NCBI GenBank assembly: GCA_963793305.1
Contig: CAWBZV010000010.1
Location: forward strand, 128,001 to 192,000
Source of the DNA: an uncultured Gemmatimonadales bacterium
Lineage (GTDB): Bacteria > Gemmatimonadota > Gemmatimonadetes > Gemmatimonadales > Gemmatimonadaceae
Direction of reading: 5' to 3'
Length of the DNA: 64,000 nucleotides
Positions 48,631-59,296 of the stretch are shown here, in pieces. The notes under the pieces are model-generated. The model saw only the letters and a list, made by a program, of their open reading frames with translations, did no database searches and had not been told where the DNA came from. The translations under genes were made by a program, and so were the position numbers. Positions within the stretch are counted from its first letter, which is position 1. Each line of letters begins with the position of its first letter.

Positions 48631-50837
48631 GGCTTGGGCGGCATCGTCTTCTGAGGCACCGGCACCGCGTCCGCCGGCGACCGGCTCGGCGTAGCCAATG
48701 GCGCGGGCGCGACGACGGGCACGCGCTGCAACGTATCGCCGACCGACGTATTCGCGGCCGAGTGGACGTTGCACTCCTGTATCGGCTCCGTGCCCGGCAA
48801 GTACCACTCGGTGGTGACGACCGGGAGCGGGCAATACTGATTCTTGAGCATGCCCGTCGTGCGATCGATGTCCTTCGAGACGAGACCATCCGGGCGCGGC
48901 CAGTCAGGCGGCGCGGGCTTGCGGCGGTAGACCTCGCTCATGAACGCGGTCCACGCCGGCGCGGCGAGAATTCCGCCCTGCGCGTTCGCCTTGATCTTCG
49001 TCGGGCGATCCATCCCGATCCAGACGCCGGCGAGCAGGTCGGCGGTATAGCCGACGAACCAGACATCGTTGCCGTCGTTCGTCGTGCCGGTTTTGCCACC
49101 GGCCGGCAGGTGAAATCCAGCGGCGGTCACGGCGCTGAAGGCGGTCCCATGCAGGACGACGTCCTTCATCATGTCGACCATGAGCCAGGCTTCGGTCGGT
49201 TGCATCACCGGGACGGTGACGACCGACGGCTCCCACAGCACCTGACCTCGCGCGTTCTCGACTCGGGTGATCGCCATGGGTGCGACGCGCTGGCCCAGGT
49301 TCGCGAACGCGGAGTACGACGACACGAGCTCGATCGGGTAGACGCTTTCGGAGCCGATGTAAATGGACGGGTACGGATGGATCGGTGTCGTGAGCCCAAA
49401 CTTTCTGGCTTCGTCAATCACACTCTCCGGACCCAACTCCATGCCCAGTCGTATCGCGACCATGTTGCGCGACGAATAGAGTCCGCGCCGCATGGTCATC
49501 AAGCCCAAGAACTTTCCGTCGTCGTCCTTCGGTGTCCACTCCGAGCCGTCGTATTGTGGGATCGACAACGGGGAGTCGTCGACCATGTACGATGGCGGCC
49601 GCCCATTCTGGATAGCGTCCGCGTAGACGATCGGCTTGAATGACGATCCTGGTTGCCGCAACGCCTGAGTACAACGGTTGAATTTCGAGTCGTCGAAATC
49701 ACGCCCGCCCACCAGCGCACGGACAGCGCCGGTGCGTGGCTCTAAAGCGATAAAACAACCCTGGAGATACGGCGAGTTCGCGATATCCTGCTGCTCGCCC
49801 GAGGCATTGCGGGCGATGTATTGCTCGTAGGTAATGTGCGGAAACTTGCCGTACCGGCCGCCTTCGATCGCGCGGAGTTGTTGCTCCAGGGCGCGGTCGG
49901 CGGCGGATTGCATGTCAGGGTCGAGCGTCGTGTAGACCTTGAGCCCCTGTTCGTACAACGAGCGCCCGAACTGGGCGTCGAGTTGCTCCCGAACCCACTC
50001 GACGTAGTACGGTGCGACGTCGCCTGATTCGCGTCGGCGAGCGAGTTGGAGCGGGTAGGCTCGGGCTTCGCTGGCGGCGGCGTCAGTGATGTCGCCACTC
50101 CGCCGCATGAGCTCGATGACCGTGTTGCGCCTTGTGACGGCACGGTCAGGAAATCGTTTCGGGTTATAGCGCTCGGGCCCCTTGGGAAGCGCGGCCAGGG
50201 TTGCCGCCTCGGCCAGATTGAGCTCGCGGGCCGACTTTCCGAAGTAGCGCTGGGCGGCCGCTTCGACCCCGTACGCGCCATTGCCGAGGTAGATCTGGTT
50301 CAGGTACAGCTCTAGGATCGTGTCTTTCGGATATCGCGCCTCAATAGCCCGCGCGACTTTTGCCTCTTTCAACTTGCGAACGAGCGTTTTTTCGCGGGTG
50401 AGCGTCTCGGGAAAGATGTTCCTGGCCAGCTGCATCGTGATCGTCGAGAACCCCTGGGCGTATCCTCGCGCCAGGATATTGCGCCCGATGGCCCCGAACA
50501 CGCGGCGCCAGTCGATCCCGGCATGCTCGTAGAACCGCTTGTCCTCGGTGATCACGAACGCGTCACGTACCGGCTTTGGAATCTCGTTCAGGCGCAGGAG
50601 CGTCCGGCGCTCGAGGCCCAGCTCGGCCAGGAAACTGCCGTCGGCAGCGAAGAGCTTCGATGTCTGCCGCGGCTGAAATCCTTTCAGTACCTCGACCGAG
50701 GGACACCGGTCATCTCGGCAGACGAGCTCCCAGGCGGCGTAGGCAAAGCCGCCAGCGAAGCAGACTCCGAACGTGAGCGATACCAGACAGGCGCGGATGA
50801 GGCGCGGGTGGCGACGCCAGAATGCGACAATGCTCAT
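48627..50837 (-). CDS. Class A penicillin-binding protein (PBP1A family)
   Basis: EDKRFYEH, STITMQLARN, RQPGSSFKP and GKTGTT. Confidence 0.96.
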   Translation of the reverse strand: MSIVAFWRRHPRLIRACLVSLTFGVCFAGGFAYAAWELVCRDDRCPSVEVLKGFQPRQTSKLFAADGSFLAELGLERRTLLRLNEIPKPVRDAFVITEDKRFYEHAGIDWRRVFGAIGRNILARGYAQGFSTITMQLARNIFPETLTREKTLVRKLKEAKVARAIEARYPKDTILELYLNQIYLGNGAYGVEAAAQRYFGKSARELNLAEAATLAALPKGPERYNPKRFPDRAVTRRNTVIELMRRSGDITDAAASEARAYPLQLARRRESGDVAPYYVEWVREQLDAQFGRSLYEQGLKVYTTLDPDMQSAADRALEQQLRAIEGGRYGKFPHITYEQYIARNASGEQQDIANSPYLQGCFIALEPRTGAVRALVGGRDFDDSKFNRCTQALRQPGSSFKPIVYADAIQNGRPPSYMVDDSPLSIPQYDGSEWTPKDDDGKFLGLMTMRRGLYSSRNMVAIRLGMELGPESVIDEARKFGLTTPIHPYPSIYIGSESVYPIELVSSYSAFANLGQRVAPMAITRVENARGQVLWEPSVVTVPVMQPTEAWLMVDMMKDVVLHGTAFSAVTAAGFHLPAGGKTGTTNDGNDVWFVGYTADLLAGVWIGMDRPTKIKANAQGGILAAPAWTAFMSEVYRRKPAPPDWPRPDGLVSKDIDRTTGMLKNQYCPLPVVTTEWYLPGTEPIQECNVHSAANTSVGDTLQRVPVVAPAPLATPSRSPADAVPVPQKTMPPKP

Positions 50838-50863
50838 ATATCCACTGTAAAGAAACTAATCCC

Positions 50864-50946
50864 CTACGCCGCTCCGCGGCGCGTCGACGCAGCGCAAGCG
50901 CTGCTCGACTGGTCGGTTAACCAGGTGCTCGGCTGCGCCTCGCACC
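50864..50946 (-). repeat. Three-hairpin dispersed element, copy B
   Basis: Reverse complement aligns to 19746-19828 with compensatory stem changes. Confidence 0.8.
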
Positions 50947-50987
50947 CTTCCCGATATATTGACAGCCACCCGATCGTCTAGTCACGC

Positions 50988-51881
50988 ATGGACCCAGACT
51001 TACTTCGTATACCGGTAGGACCAGGCGCGGTACATGTCGAGCGCTATGGCCATGGGGCGACCCCCGTGGTCTGCTTGCACGGGTTCGGGACATCGAGTTT
51101 CCTGTGGCGCACGGTGGCCCCCGAGATCGCGGAGCAGCGCCATACGGTCGTCGCGATCGACCTACTCGGGCACGGCGAGTCGGATCGCCCGCTCGACACC
51201 GAGTTTGGCATCATGGCGCAGGCCGAGTATCTCGATCGCGCCTTGACCGCGCTTCGTATCCCACGCGCCGCGGTGGTCGGCGTGGACTTGGGTGGCGCCG
51301 TCGCGCTCCGGCTCGCGTCGACTCGGCGCGATCGGGTCTCGCACTTGTGTCTCGTCAATAGCTTGGGACCGGACGGGATTCCGAGCGGCGACATGCGCGC
51401 GCTCCAACGCAATACCGCGCGCTATGTCCTTCGCGTCGCGCGCGGTATCCTCGGTGTCGCGCCATTGCTCACGCCGTTGCTGCAGGGCAGCGTCGCCAAT
51501 CCGGCACACATGCCGCCGCGGCTGGTGGCGCGGTATCTCGCGCCGTTCGTCGGTCAGGAAGGCGTGAATCACCTGCTGGCGCTCGCGCGGGCGGTGCACG
51601 AGGCCGACATGGACGCGATCGATTTGGGCGCCATCCGCGCGCAGACGCTCGTCGTGCGCGGAGAAGAAGACCGGTGGCTCGACCCGGAAGTCGCGACACG
51701 ACTCGCGGCGCGGATCGCCGAGAGCTACTTCGTTCGCATACCAGGCGTTGCGCGATTGGTACCGGAGGAGGCGCCGGACCAATTGGCCGGTATCATTTTG
51801 GATTTTCTCGCCGGACGATTTGACCCAAGCGCGCGCACGCGGCGCCGGTCAGCCGAGACACAACACTCTACGGGGAACTAG
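50988..51881 (+). CDS. Alpha/beta hydrolase fold protein
   Basis: LHGFG, DLLGHGES and GVDLGG elbow; ARLVPEE where the catalytic His is expected. Confidence 0.88.
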   Translation: MDPDLLRIPVGPGAVHVERYGHGATPVVCLHGFGTSSFLWRTVAPEIAEQRHTVVAIDLLGHGESDRPLDTEFGIMAQAEYLDRALTALRIPRAAVVGVDLGGAVALRLASTRRDRVSHLCLVNSLGPDGIPSGDMRALQRNTARYVLRVARGILGVAPLLTPLLQGSVANPAHMPPRLVARYLAPFVGQEGVNHLLALARAVHEADMDAIDLGAIRAQTLVVRGEEDRWLDPEVATRLAARIAESYFVRIPGVARLVPEEAPDQLAGIILDFLAGRFDPSARTRRRSAETQHSTGN

Positions 51882-51926
51882 ACGTAGTAGAAGTGTACAT
51901 ACCCGTCACCTTATACTTCTTAGCAC

Positions 51927-52211
51927 ATGGCGAAGCAGAAGGCGAAACGGCAGAGGGACGTCGCGGCCCCGAGTCCGTTCGAGGAAGCCCGCGACGAACT
52001 GTTCCAACAGATAATGCAGTGCGGCGTGATCGGCGCGGCCCCTGCGCACCAGGAAGAGTGGTTCCGCGAGACGTTCGCGTACCTCGCGGATCGTTATCAC
52101 GAGCTCTCTCCCACGCAGATCACCGAGCTCCGGACCCTCGGCGAGCGGTTCGTGCAGCCACCGAAGTCCGGGCCTGCGCGTACGCCGTCCGAAAGCGCTT
52201 CGGCAGCTTAG
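51927..52211 (+). CDS. Small hypothetical protein
   Basis: Clean 94-aa ORF after an AT-rich promoter-like stretch. Confidence 0.7.
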   Translation: MAKQKAKRQRDVAAPSPFEEARDELFQQIMQCGVIGAAPAHQEEWFRETFAYLADRYHELSPTQITELRTLGERFVQPPKSGPARTPSESASAA

Positions 52212-52687
52212 CGCCAGCCGGTCGTCTGCGAACGCCGTAGGGCCAGACCGACACGGAACCCGTGGCCTACCCCCGCTTCGAGCGCGGGTGTGACTCGCCC
52301 CCAGCGGGGGCCCTCGACGCCGAGTAAGACCAATATGTAGGGATGGTCGGCGACCCCTAAGCCACCGGCGACATACGGCCCCCAGCGGTGCTCATAGAAG
52401 GGGTCCAACAAGAATCGGCCAACAAGTTCAGCGCGCCCGGTGAGGCGAACCGGATTTGTGATGGGTCCGACCCCGCCAACGAGGCCCGCACGGACATACG
52501 TGCCGACCGGCACGAAAATTCCAGCTCCGAGATCGGTTGCGGTTCGACTCGCGATCAGCGCGTCGAGACGACCTTCGATTCTCGCCTTCGGCGTCGAATC
52601 CCGGAACACCTGTGCCTCAACGATGCGTGCACTGGCCAGGAGTGAGACGATAACGAGAAGGGCTAGGCCGGCTCGCGTGCGTGCCAC
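52208..52687 (-). CDS. Exported beta-barrel-like hypothetical protein
   Basis: Signal peptide MARTRAGLALLVIVSLLA..EAQ; alternating strands. Confidence 0.6.
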   Translation of the reverse strand: MARTRAGLALLVIVSLLASARIVEAQVFRDSTPKARIEGRLDALIASRTATDLGAGIFVPVGTYVRAGLVGGVGPITNPVRLTGRAELVGRFLLDPFYEHRWGPYVAGGLGVADHPYILVLLGVEGPRWGRVTPALEAGVGHGFRVGLALRRSQTTGWR

Positions 52688-53190
52688 AATGCCAACGTGT
52701 AGTCCGAGATCGCGATGAGAGACGCGACACCGACGGCTCCGATGACCCACGGCGCCCCACGCGGGGCAACGAGCACGGTGATGAGTGCCAGGAGTTGCAG
52801 CGTCGTGACGAGCTTCCCTGCCCATCGCGCGCGAAACGGGACGGCCCTCAGCCAACTCACGCTTTTGGCGACGAGGAAGCCGATGGCCGTCATGATATCG
52901 CGCGCCAGCAGCACGAAGTACTGCGGCCGCGTAATACGCCCCGTCGCGAGAAACACCGCGACGGCCGTCAGCATGAATGTGCGATCGGCGATCGGATCGA
53001 GGATCGCGCCGATCCGCGTGACTTCGTGTCGGCGCCGCGCGATCCACCCGTCAAGGACATCGGACAAGGATGCCGCGCCGATGAGCGCAACCCGGGCGTC
53101 CGGCATCGGCGTGGCGAGAAACGCGACGGCCATGGCGAACCGGGACATCGACACGAGGTTCGGCAGAGTGAAGACCGGCTCGCGCCGCAT
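52663..53190 (-). CDS. CDP-alcohol phosphatidyltransferase (PgsA-like)
   Basis: TLPNLVS and DVLDGWIAR...G.ILDPIAD signature. Confidence 0.93.
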   Translation of the reverse strand: MRREPVFTLPNLVSMSRFAMAVAFLATPMPDARVALIGAASLSDVLDGWIARRRHEVTRIGAILDPIADRTFMLTAVAVFLATGRITRPQYFVLLARDIMTAIGFLVAKSVSWLRAVPFRARWAGKLVTTLQLLALITVLVAPRGAPWVIGAVGVASLIAISDYTLALWHAREPA

Positions 53191-53257
53191 GATGGCGCAA
53201 GCTATTGCACTCACTCCCTTGTTGCCATGGCGCGAGATCTGGCCTAGCTTGACCCCC

Positions 53258-53731
53258 GTGCCAACTCCCCCGACGGCGATCGAGCTGCTCCGTCCGCAAG
53301 CGATCTTCGCGGGACTCGACCAAGAAGAGCTCTCACTCGTCGGCGAGATCTGTCGCGAGCAACGGTTCCTTTCTGGCGAGCACATCTTCCGCGAGGGCGA
53401 GATCGGCGATCGGCTCTACTTGATCGTCGACGGCGAGGTCCGTATCACGCGCCAGATCCCCGGGAGCGGCGAAGAGGCGCTCGCCGTACTCAAACCCGGC
53501 TCGTTGTTCGGCGAGATGGCCGTGTTGGACCACGGTCCCCGATCGACCGATGCGATCGCCAATCGCGAGACCACCTGCCTGACGATCTTACGGTCGGATT
53601 TCGAGCTGCTGCTGCAGCGCAATCGGGACATGGCCGTGGCCGTCCTGTGGGCCGTCGTACGCCTCGTGTCCAAGCGGCTCCGCGCGACGAACGACTCGCT
53701 GCAGTCGTTCCTCGCGATGTCGATGTTCTAA
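53258..53731 (+). CDS. Stand-alone cyclic-nucleotide-binding domain protein
   Basis: FREGE.GD.LYLI..G.V and FGEMAVLD..PRS; no HTH. Confidence 0.88.
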   Translation: MPTPPTAIELLRPQAIFAGLDQEELSLVGEICREQRFLSGEHIFREGEIGDRLYLIVDGEVRITRQIPGSGEEALAVLKPGSLFGEMAVLDHGPRSTDAIANRETTCLTILRSDFELLLQRNRDMAVAVLWAVVRLVSKRLRATNDSLQSFLAMSMF

Positions 53732-53733
53732 CG

Positions 53734-54402
53734 ATGAGCTCCACACCGCGCGCGACCGTTCGTCATGCGATCATCCCCTGTATCGGCGCGGTGGAGCTGC
53801 TGCCGATCGGCGGCGTTCCGATGATCGAGTGGGTCGTTCGCGAATGCGCCGCCAGCGGCACGAGTGACTTAAGCGTCGTCACGGGAAGGGACCTCGACGC
53901 GATTCGCTCCTTGATCGCGCCGCGCACGGGCTCGCCCGGATTTCCGTTGCGCATCGAGTTCATGCAGGCCGAGACCTTTGGGGACGTGCTGGCGAGAGGT
54001 CGGGAGTTCGCCGGAGAGGCTCCCCTCGGCGTCGCCATGCCGACCCATTTATTTGTCGGCGATGCGCCCGGGCTCGCCCAGGTCGTCGAGGCCTACTATC
54101 GAACGGGGAAGAACGTCGCGGGCGTCGTCGGTAACTTTTCGACCGACGAGGTCGAGCTGGCCCACCTGCTCGACCTCGTCGTCGGCCGGTATCTCCTCGC
54201 ACCAACGGCATGGGACGTCATTGGCGAGGTCCAAGACGAGACGGCCATGGTGCGCTCACTGGTGGAAGCGCATTGCATGATCGGCCGCCGCATGCGTGGG
54301 CAATTCCTCGACGTGACGTTCCCGGAGGGCCGCGCCGACGCGAGCCGCTTCGGCTTGAGGCCGCCGCGCCCATCGACCCCCACGGGTCGCATCGTGGAAT
54401 GA
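53734..54402 (+). CDS. Degenerate GalU-like nucleotidyltransferase-fold protein
   Basis: VRHAIIP..ELLPIGG.PMIEWVV.EC..SG and VGRYLL; GxGTR loop missing. Confidence 0.65.
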   Translation: MSSTPRATVRHAIIPCIGAVELLPIGGVPMIEWVVRECAASGTSDLSVVTGRDLDAIRSLIAPRTGSPGFPLRIEFMQAETFGDVLARGREFAGEAPLGVAMPTHLFVGDAPGLAQVVEAYYRTGKNVAGVVGNFSTDEVELAHLLDLVVGRYLLAPTAWDVIGEVQDETAMVRSLVEAHCMIGRRMRGQFLDVTFPEGRADASRFGLRPPRPSTPTGRIVE

Positions 54403-54435
54403 GCGAGCAGCGCGCGAGGGGATAGCGGGGACAGC

Positions 54436-55998
54436 GTGCCGACCTACATCCCGTCCATTTCGCTCTCGCACGAGTTGCTCGTGCGACTGTACGCCGGCTT
54501 GGCCCTCGGCATCGCGCTGTGGGACATCTTCATCGGCGGCCAGATCGCGCAGTTCCGCCGCTCGCCGCGTGCGCTCGCGGCGCTCTCCGCGGTCTCGGCC
54601 CTCGTCCTCGCGCCGGCGCTGCTCATCGGCGCCGCGGCGGCGTCGACCGCGACCGGGCATACGTTCGAAGGGCTGGCGTGGTTCTGGCCCGCCACGATGC
54701 TGTTGATCACGGCGCAGGCGTGCTACGCGACCGTCCGACGCATGATCTCGCCGTTTGCCGGCCTCCCCATCGTCGCGTACGATCTGCTGCTCACCGCCGT
54801 CGCCATCGTTCGGTGGGTCACCGCGGCTGGGTTCACGCCACCCGAGCCGGCCCTGGCGCTGGCGACGGCGCACGTCAACGTGCTCGGGTACATCGCCGGG
54901 CCGGCGGCGCTCGGCTGGCCATACGCACTGCAACCGGCGCTGCTCGCGCCGGCGTTTCCGCCGCGGTGGCGGTTGAGTCGCACCATGCGGGCGCTGCTGG
55001 CGACGTTTGCCGCGGCATGGTTCACGGCAACTATCCTGGCGCTGCCGAGTGCGTGGCTCACGATTACCAGCTACGACCCGCTGTCTTTGCAACCTCTCCA
55101 GGAACGACCGGCGGGTGATTTCGTCGTTGGCCTGCGGGTTCTCCCAACACTCGAAGCGGCGCCGTCGGCGAGCACCCTCCGGTTCGACTTGTCGTTGGTT
55201 GACACGGTCGGCGCCGAGGCCGTCAGCGTGCGCATCGATCCGCGCGGCGCGCATCCCGCGGCGCTCGACTCGCTCGCTCGAGCGCTGGATCCGTTGCGAC
55301 GCGATACGACCACGTTGATCCTCACGCTCGAATATCCCTCAGACGCGGCCCAGCAATACGCGAAATCGCCGCAGGCGTATCAGGAGGCGCGGCTCGCCGA
55401 ACTGAGTCGCGTCGTCCGCGCGCTGCATCCGGATTACCTCGTCGTGGCGGATGAGCCAATTATCAAAGGCGATAGCGCCCTGGGCTCGCCGCTCTCATTG
55501 GCGACATGGACCCGGTATCTCACGGCCGCGGCGTTCACGGTGCATCGCATCGACCCGAAGGTGCGCGTCGCCGTCGCCGTCTCCCCGTCGGGATCACGCG
55601 ACAGCGCGCTGTACGCATGGGCCGCGACCGCGACGGCCCCCATTGATGCGGTGGGATTTGTCATCAGGCCACTGTTCGCGGGAGCCTCTGACCTCGATGC
55701 GCAGACGCGCAGTGCCGATCGATGGATCGCGGCCTCCGGGCCGACGGCGAAAGAGAACTGGGTGTTCGCCACCTACGGCTATCCCGTGAGCCACGGCGAG
55801 ATCAACCAGGAGCGCGCGATCTGGTCGACCCTCGCGTGGGCCACGAGCCGCTCGGCCATCAAAGGCGTCATCGTCGCCGACGCGGCCGATTACGGCGCGG
55901 TCACCGGCCTCCGCGCGCCATCGGGGCGATTGCGTCGAGCCGCCAACGCCGTGGCGCGCGCCGCCAAGAGCTTGCGCGAGGCCAGCGCGTCGCCATAA
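54436..55998 (+). CDS. Multi-TM protein with C-terminal glycoside-hydrolase-like TIM barrel
   Basis: About 6 hydrophobic helices, then PDYLVVADEP, IDAVGF and KENWVF strands. Confidence 0.65.
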   Translation: MPTYIPSISLSHELLVRLYAGLALGIALWDIFIGGQIAQFRRSPRALAALSAVSALVLAPALLIGAAAASTATGHTFEGLAWFWPATMLLITAQACYATVRRMISPFAGLPIVAYDLLLTAVAIVRWVTAAGFTPPEPALALATAHVNVLGYIAGPAALGWPYALQPALLAPAFPPRWRLSRTMRALLATFAAAWFTATILALPSAWLTITSYDPLSLQPLQERPAGDFVVGLRVLPTLEAAPSASTLRFDLSLVDTVGAEAVSVRIDPRGAHPAALDSLARALDPLRRDTTTLILTLEYPSDAAQQYAKSPQAYQEARLAELSRVVRALHPDYLVVADEPIIKGDSALGSPLSLATWTRYLTAAAFTVHRIDPKVRVAVAVSPSGSRDSALYAWAATATAPIDAVGFVIRPLFAGASDLDAQTRSADRWIAASGPTAKENWVFATYGYPVSHGEINQERAIWSTLAWATSRSAIKGVIVADAADYGAVTGLRAPSGRLRRAANAVARAAKSLREASASP

Positions 55999-56011
55999 AG
56001 TTTCCAGCCCA

Positions 56012-56705
56012 ATGTTCAGCCCAGCCGCATTCAAGTTTCTGCGGGACCTCAAGCGGAACAACCGGCGTGAGTGGTTCGAGGCCCGGCGCAACGTCTACGA
56101 GAACGAGCTGCGCGCGCCATTGCGCGAGCTGCTGGAGGAGCTCGACGCGCGGCTCGGCCGCATCGCGCCGGAGCTCTATGGCGATCCCAAGCGATCGGTC
56201 TTTCGCATTCACCGCGACACGCGCTTCTCGAAGGACAAGTCGCCCTACAAGCACAATGTTGGATTTTGGGTGAACCACCGCGACCTGGGCCGCGGGGCCG
56301 AGCAGATCCATGGTGGAGCGGGATTGTATTTCCATTTCGAGCCCGGTGCATCGATGATCGCCGGCGGCATTCTGGATGCCACCCGCGCCCGCGCTGGCGA
56401 AGATCCGTGAAGCGCTCGCCGAGCATTACAAGAAGTTCGAGACGGCGGTCCGTACGATGCGCCGGCGCTTCACCGCGTTGAGTGAGGAAGCCGTGCTCCA
56501 ACGCCTGCCCCGTGGGTACACCGAGGATCATCCCGCCGCGCGGTGGCTGCGCTACAAGTCGTTTACGTCGCACCGCATGTTGACCGCGGCCGAGCTTCGG
56601 AGTCCGAGACTGCCGGATACGCTGGCGCGCGACTTTACGGCCATCATTCCGTTCGTGCGCTGGCTCAACTCGTCGCTCGGGCTGCCACCGGCTACGCGCC
56701 GCTGA
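56012..56705 (+). CDS. DUF2461 family protein; apparent +1 frameshift at ~56370
   Basis: FL..L..NN.REWF and FRIHRDTRFSKDKSPYK; removing one T gives GGIWMP and joins the 56376-56705 frame. Confidence 0.9.
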
Positions 56706-59296
56706 CCCCTCGTACGATTCCTTCGACGAGGCGAGCGACGTTCGAAATAGCGCTGCGCGAGGGCTTGTATCTCGGCCGGCGTGACGGCCAGCACCCGGGT
56801 CTCGAAATCATCGAGCTCGTCCAAGCCGCGGCCAAATTGCCAGGCATTGATCACGTCGGCGAGCACCGAGGCGCCGCTCTGTTGGCGAATCGCGTGCGCG
56901 CCGATCGTGTACGTCTGCGCCCGCGCTAGCTCGTCGGCCGCAACCGGCGATGCGCGCAGCTTCTCGAATTCGGCCAACAGACCGGCGCGGGCTTCGTGTT
57001 CCTGTGACGGCGACGTGGCGATATAGGCGATGAACATTCCGGCGAGCAAACGCTCCGTCGCGAACGCGTGGACGGTGTACGCCAACGAGCGTTTGTCGCG
57101 CAGCTCATCGAAGAATCGCCCGCCGAGCCCACTGGCCATCGTCGCAACGAGATGGGCCGTGAAGCGATCGGGGTCGTTTCGCGTTGGACCGGGGAACGTG
57201 AGGGCCATTGCCGTCTGCGCCTTGTCCCGCGATTCGACTTCCCGCCGTGGTGCATTGGGCCATATGGGCGGAGCGATGGGAAAGCGCGCGGAGGCATGGA
57301 GCGCGGCCAACTCGCCCGCGGCAACCGCGGCGATCTCGTCCGGGTCGACATCGCCAACGATGCCAATGAGTGTCGGGCCCGCGAGCACGTGCTCCTCGTG
57401 CCACCGAGCAACCGCATCAACGGTCACGGACTGAATCGACTCTTCAGTCCCGAGCGTGCCGACACCATAGGGATGCCCGGCGAACGCGGCCGATGTCGCG
57501 AGTCGCACGGGGTAGCGATACATGTCGTCGCGCAGGGCGGTCAGATCAGCCAGCATCAGCGACCGTTCGGTCTCGAGCGCCGACTCCGGGAACGTCGGCC
57601 GTTGTACGACGTCGGCGACGAGCGCCAAGGCTGCTTCCGTTCCTCGCGTCGGCACCGACAGCGACCAACCGAAATTCTCCGAGCCGACGCTCGCGCTCAC
57701 CGTGCCACCGAGGAACTCGGCGCGAGCGGCGATCTCGGCGGCGGTGCGCGTGGTCGTTCCCTTGGTCGCCGTCCGCGCCATCAGCGTCGTCTCGCCGGCC
57801 CGTTCGCTTGACTCGTTGCGGGCTCCGCCGAATGCGTAGACACCCATGTGCGTCATCGCGGCGCCCGGCTTCCGTCTGACCAGTATCGGCACACCACCTT
57901 GCGTCCGATAGACTCGCACGCCAGCGATTTCCTCTTCGAATGTCGCTGCCGCCCGCGGCGGCGCGACGACGCTGGCCTGTCGGGACGGAGCAGACACCGG
58001 CGCCGGCAACCCCGACTCGAGCGAGTCGAACAGGCCGCCGATTTCCTGGGAGTCGTTCGGTCGATACACGAGCGCGGCCGTCTCGGTCTGCTTGACGTGC
58101 CGCCGGAAGGCGGCCGTCACGTCAGCCGCAGTGGCCGACAGAACACGCGAGAGATACTGCTCGCCGAGCTGCCAGTCACCGAGTGCCTCCCATTCCGCGA
58201 GATGGTTGGCCTGCCCTTCCATCGACTCGGTCCGACGCGCCCACTGCGATTCGAACAGGCGCTGCGCCCGTTCGATCTCGGACGACGTAAAATCGGGCTG
58301 CACCTCGGCCCATACCGCGCGGGCCGCGTCGAGCGTTTTCCCCTGTGGGGTCTCGGCCTGGATCACGAACACGCCGAGGTCCGTGGGCGTGTAATTGTAG
58401 GCCGTGATCGAAGAGGCGAGTTGGCGTTCGCGCACGGCGCGATAGAGACGCGACGCGCGCCCGCCGCCGAGCGCCGCGGCGGCGATGTCGAGCAGCGGCG
58501 TATCAGGGTCGAGTGTACCGCCCGTGCGCCAGCCGAACAGGAGCTGCGCCTGGGCGATGTCCCCGCTCCATTCGCGATAGCGAAGCCCAGCCACAGAGTG
58601 CTCGGCCGGGCCGCGATCTCGCACGATCGGACGGTCCGGGAGCGCGCCGTAGTATCTCTCGACCAGCGCGAGCGTCGCCTCGGGATCGACGTCGCCGACA
58701 ATGCTCAGGATGGTGTTGCCAGGGTAGTAGTACGTGCGATAGAACCCGTGCACATCCTCGCGGGTGAACGTCCGGAGACGATCCGGGTCACCAATGCGCC
58801 AGCGGCGAATGCGATGCTGATCGAAGAGCAGCGCGTAGAGCGACTCCGAGGCCAGCGCCGGCGGATTGTCGGTCTTGCGTCGCACTTCTTGAATGATCAC
58901 CTCGAGCTCCCGGGCGAGCTCACCGGCATCGATCACCGAGTTCGCGTAGGCGTCGGATTGGACGGCGAGGCCTTCGGCGAGACGGCTCGCCGGGAGCACC
59001 GTGTAGTAGCTCGTGTGATCGTAAATGGTGTGCGCATTGAGGTACCCGCCGGAGGCCATGGTCTCCTTGGCGATTTCCCCAACGCCGCGCGTCGGTGTGC
59101 CCTTGAAGTACATGTGCTCCAGCACGTGGGCGATGCCGACCTGCGCGTCGGTCTCGTCGAAGTACCCGGCCTTGACGTACGTCACGACCGCGACGACCGG
59201 CGCGGACCGGTCGCGGCGCACGAGCACCGTGAGACCGTTCGGCAGCACGGTCCGCACGACCGGTGCGCCGAGGACGACGTCGGCTAGCGCGCCCAT
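56692..59296 (-). CDS. M16 zinc metallopeptidase (fused two-half); apparent +1 frameshift at ~56741
   Basis: HVLEHMYFKGT, NAHT and LRDKRSLAY; the corrected end reads YFDVARLVEGIVRGVSGA*. Confidence 0.93.
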
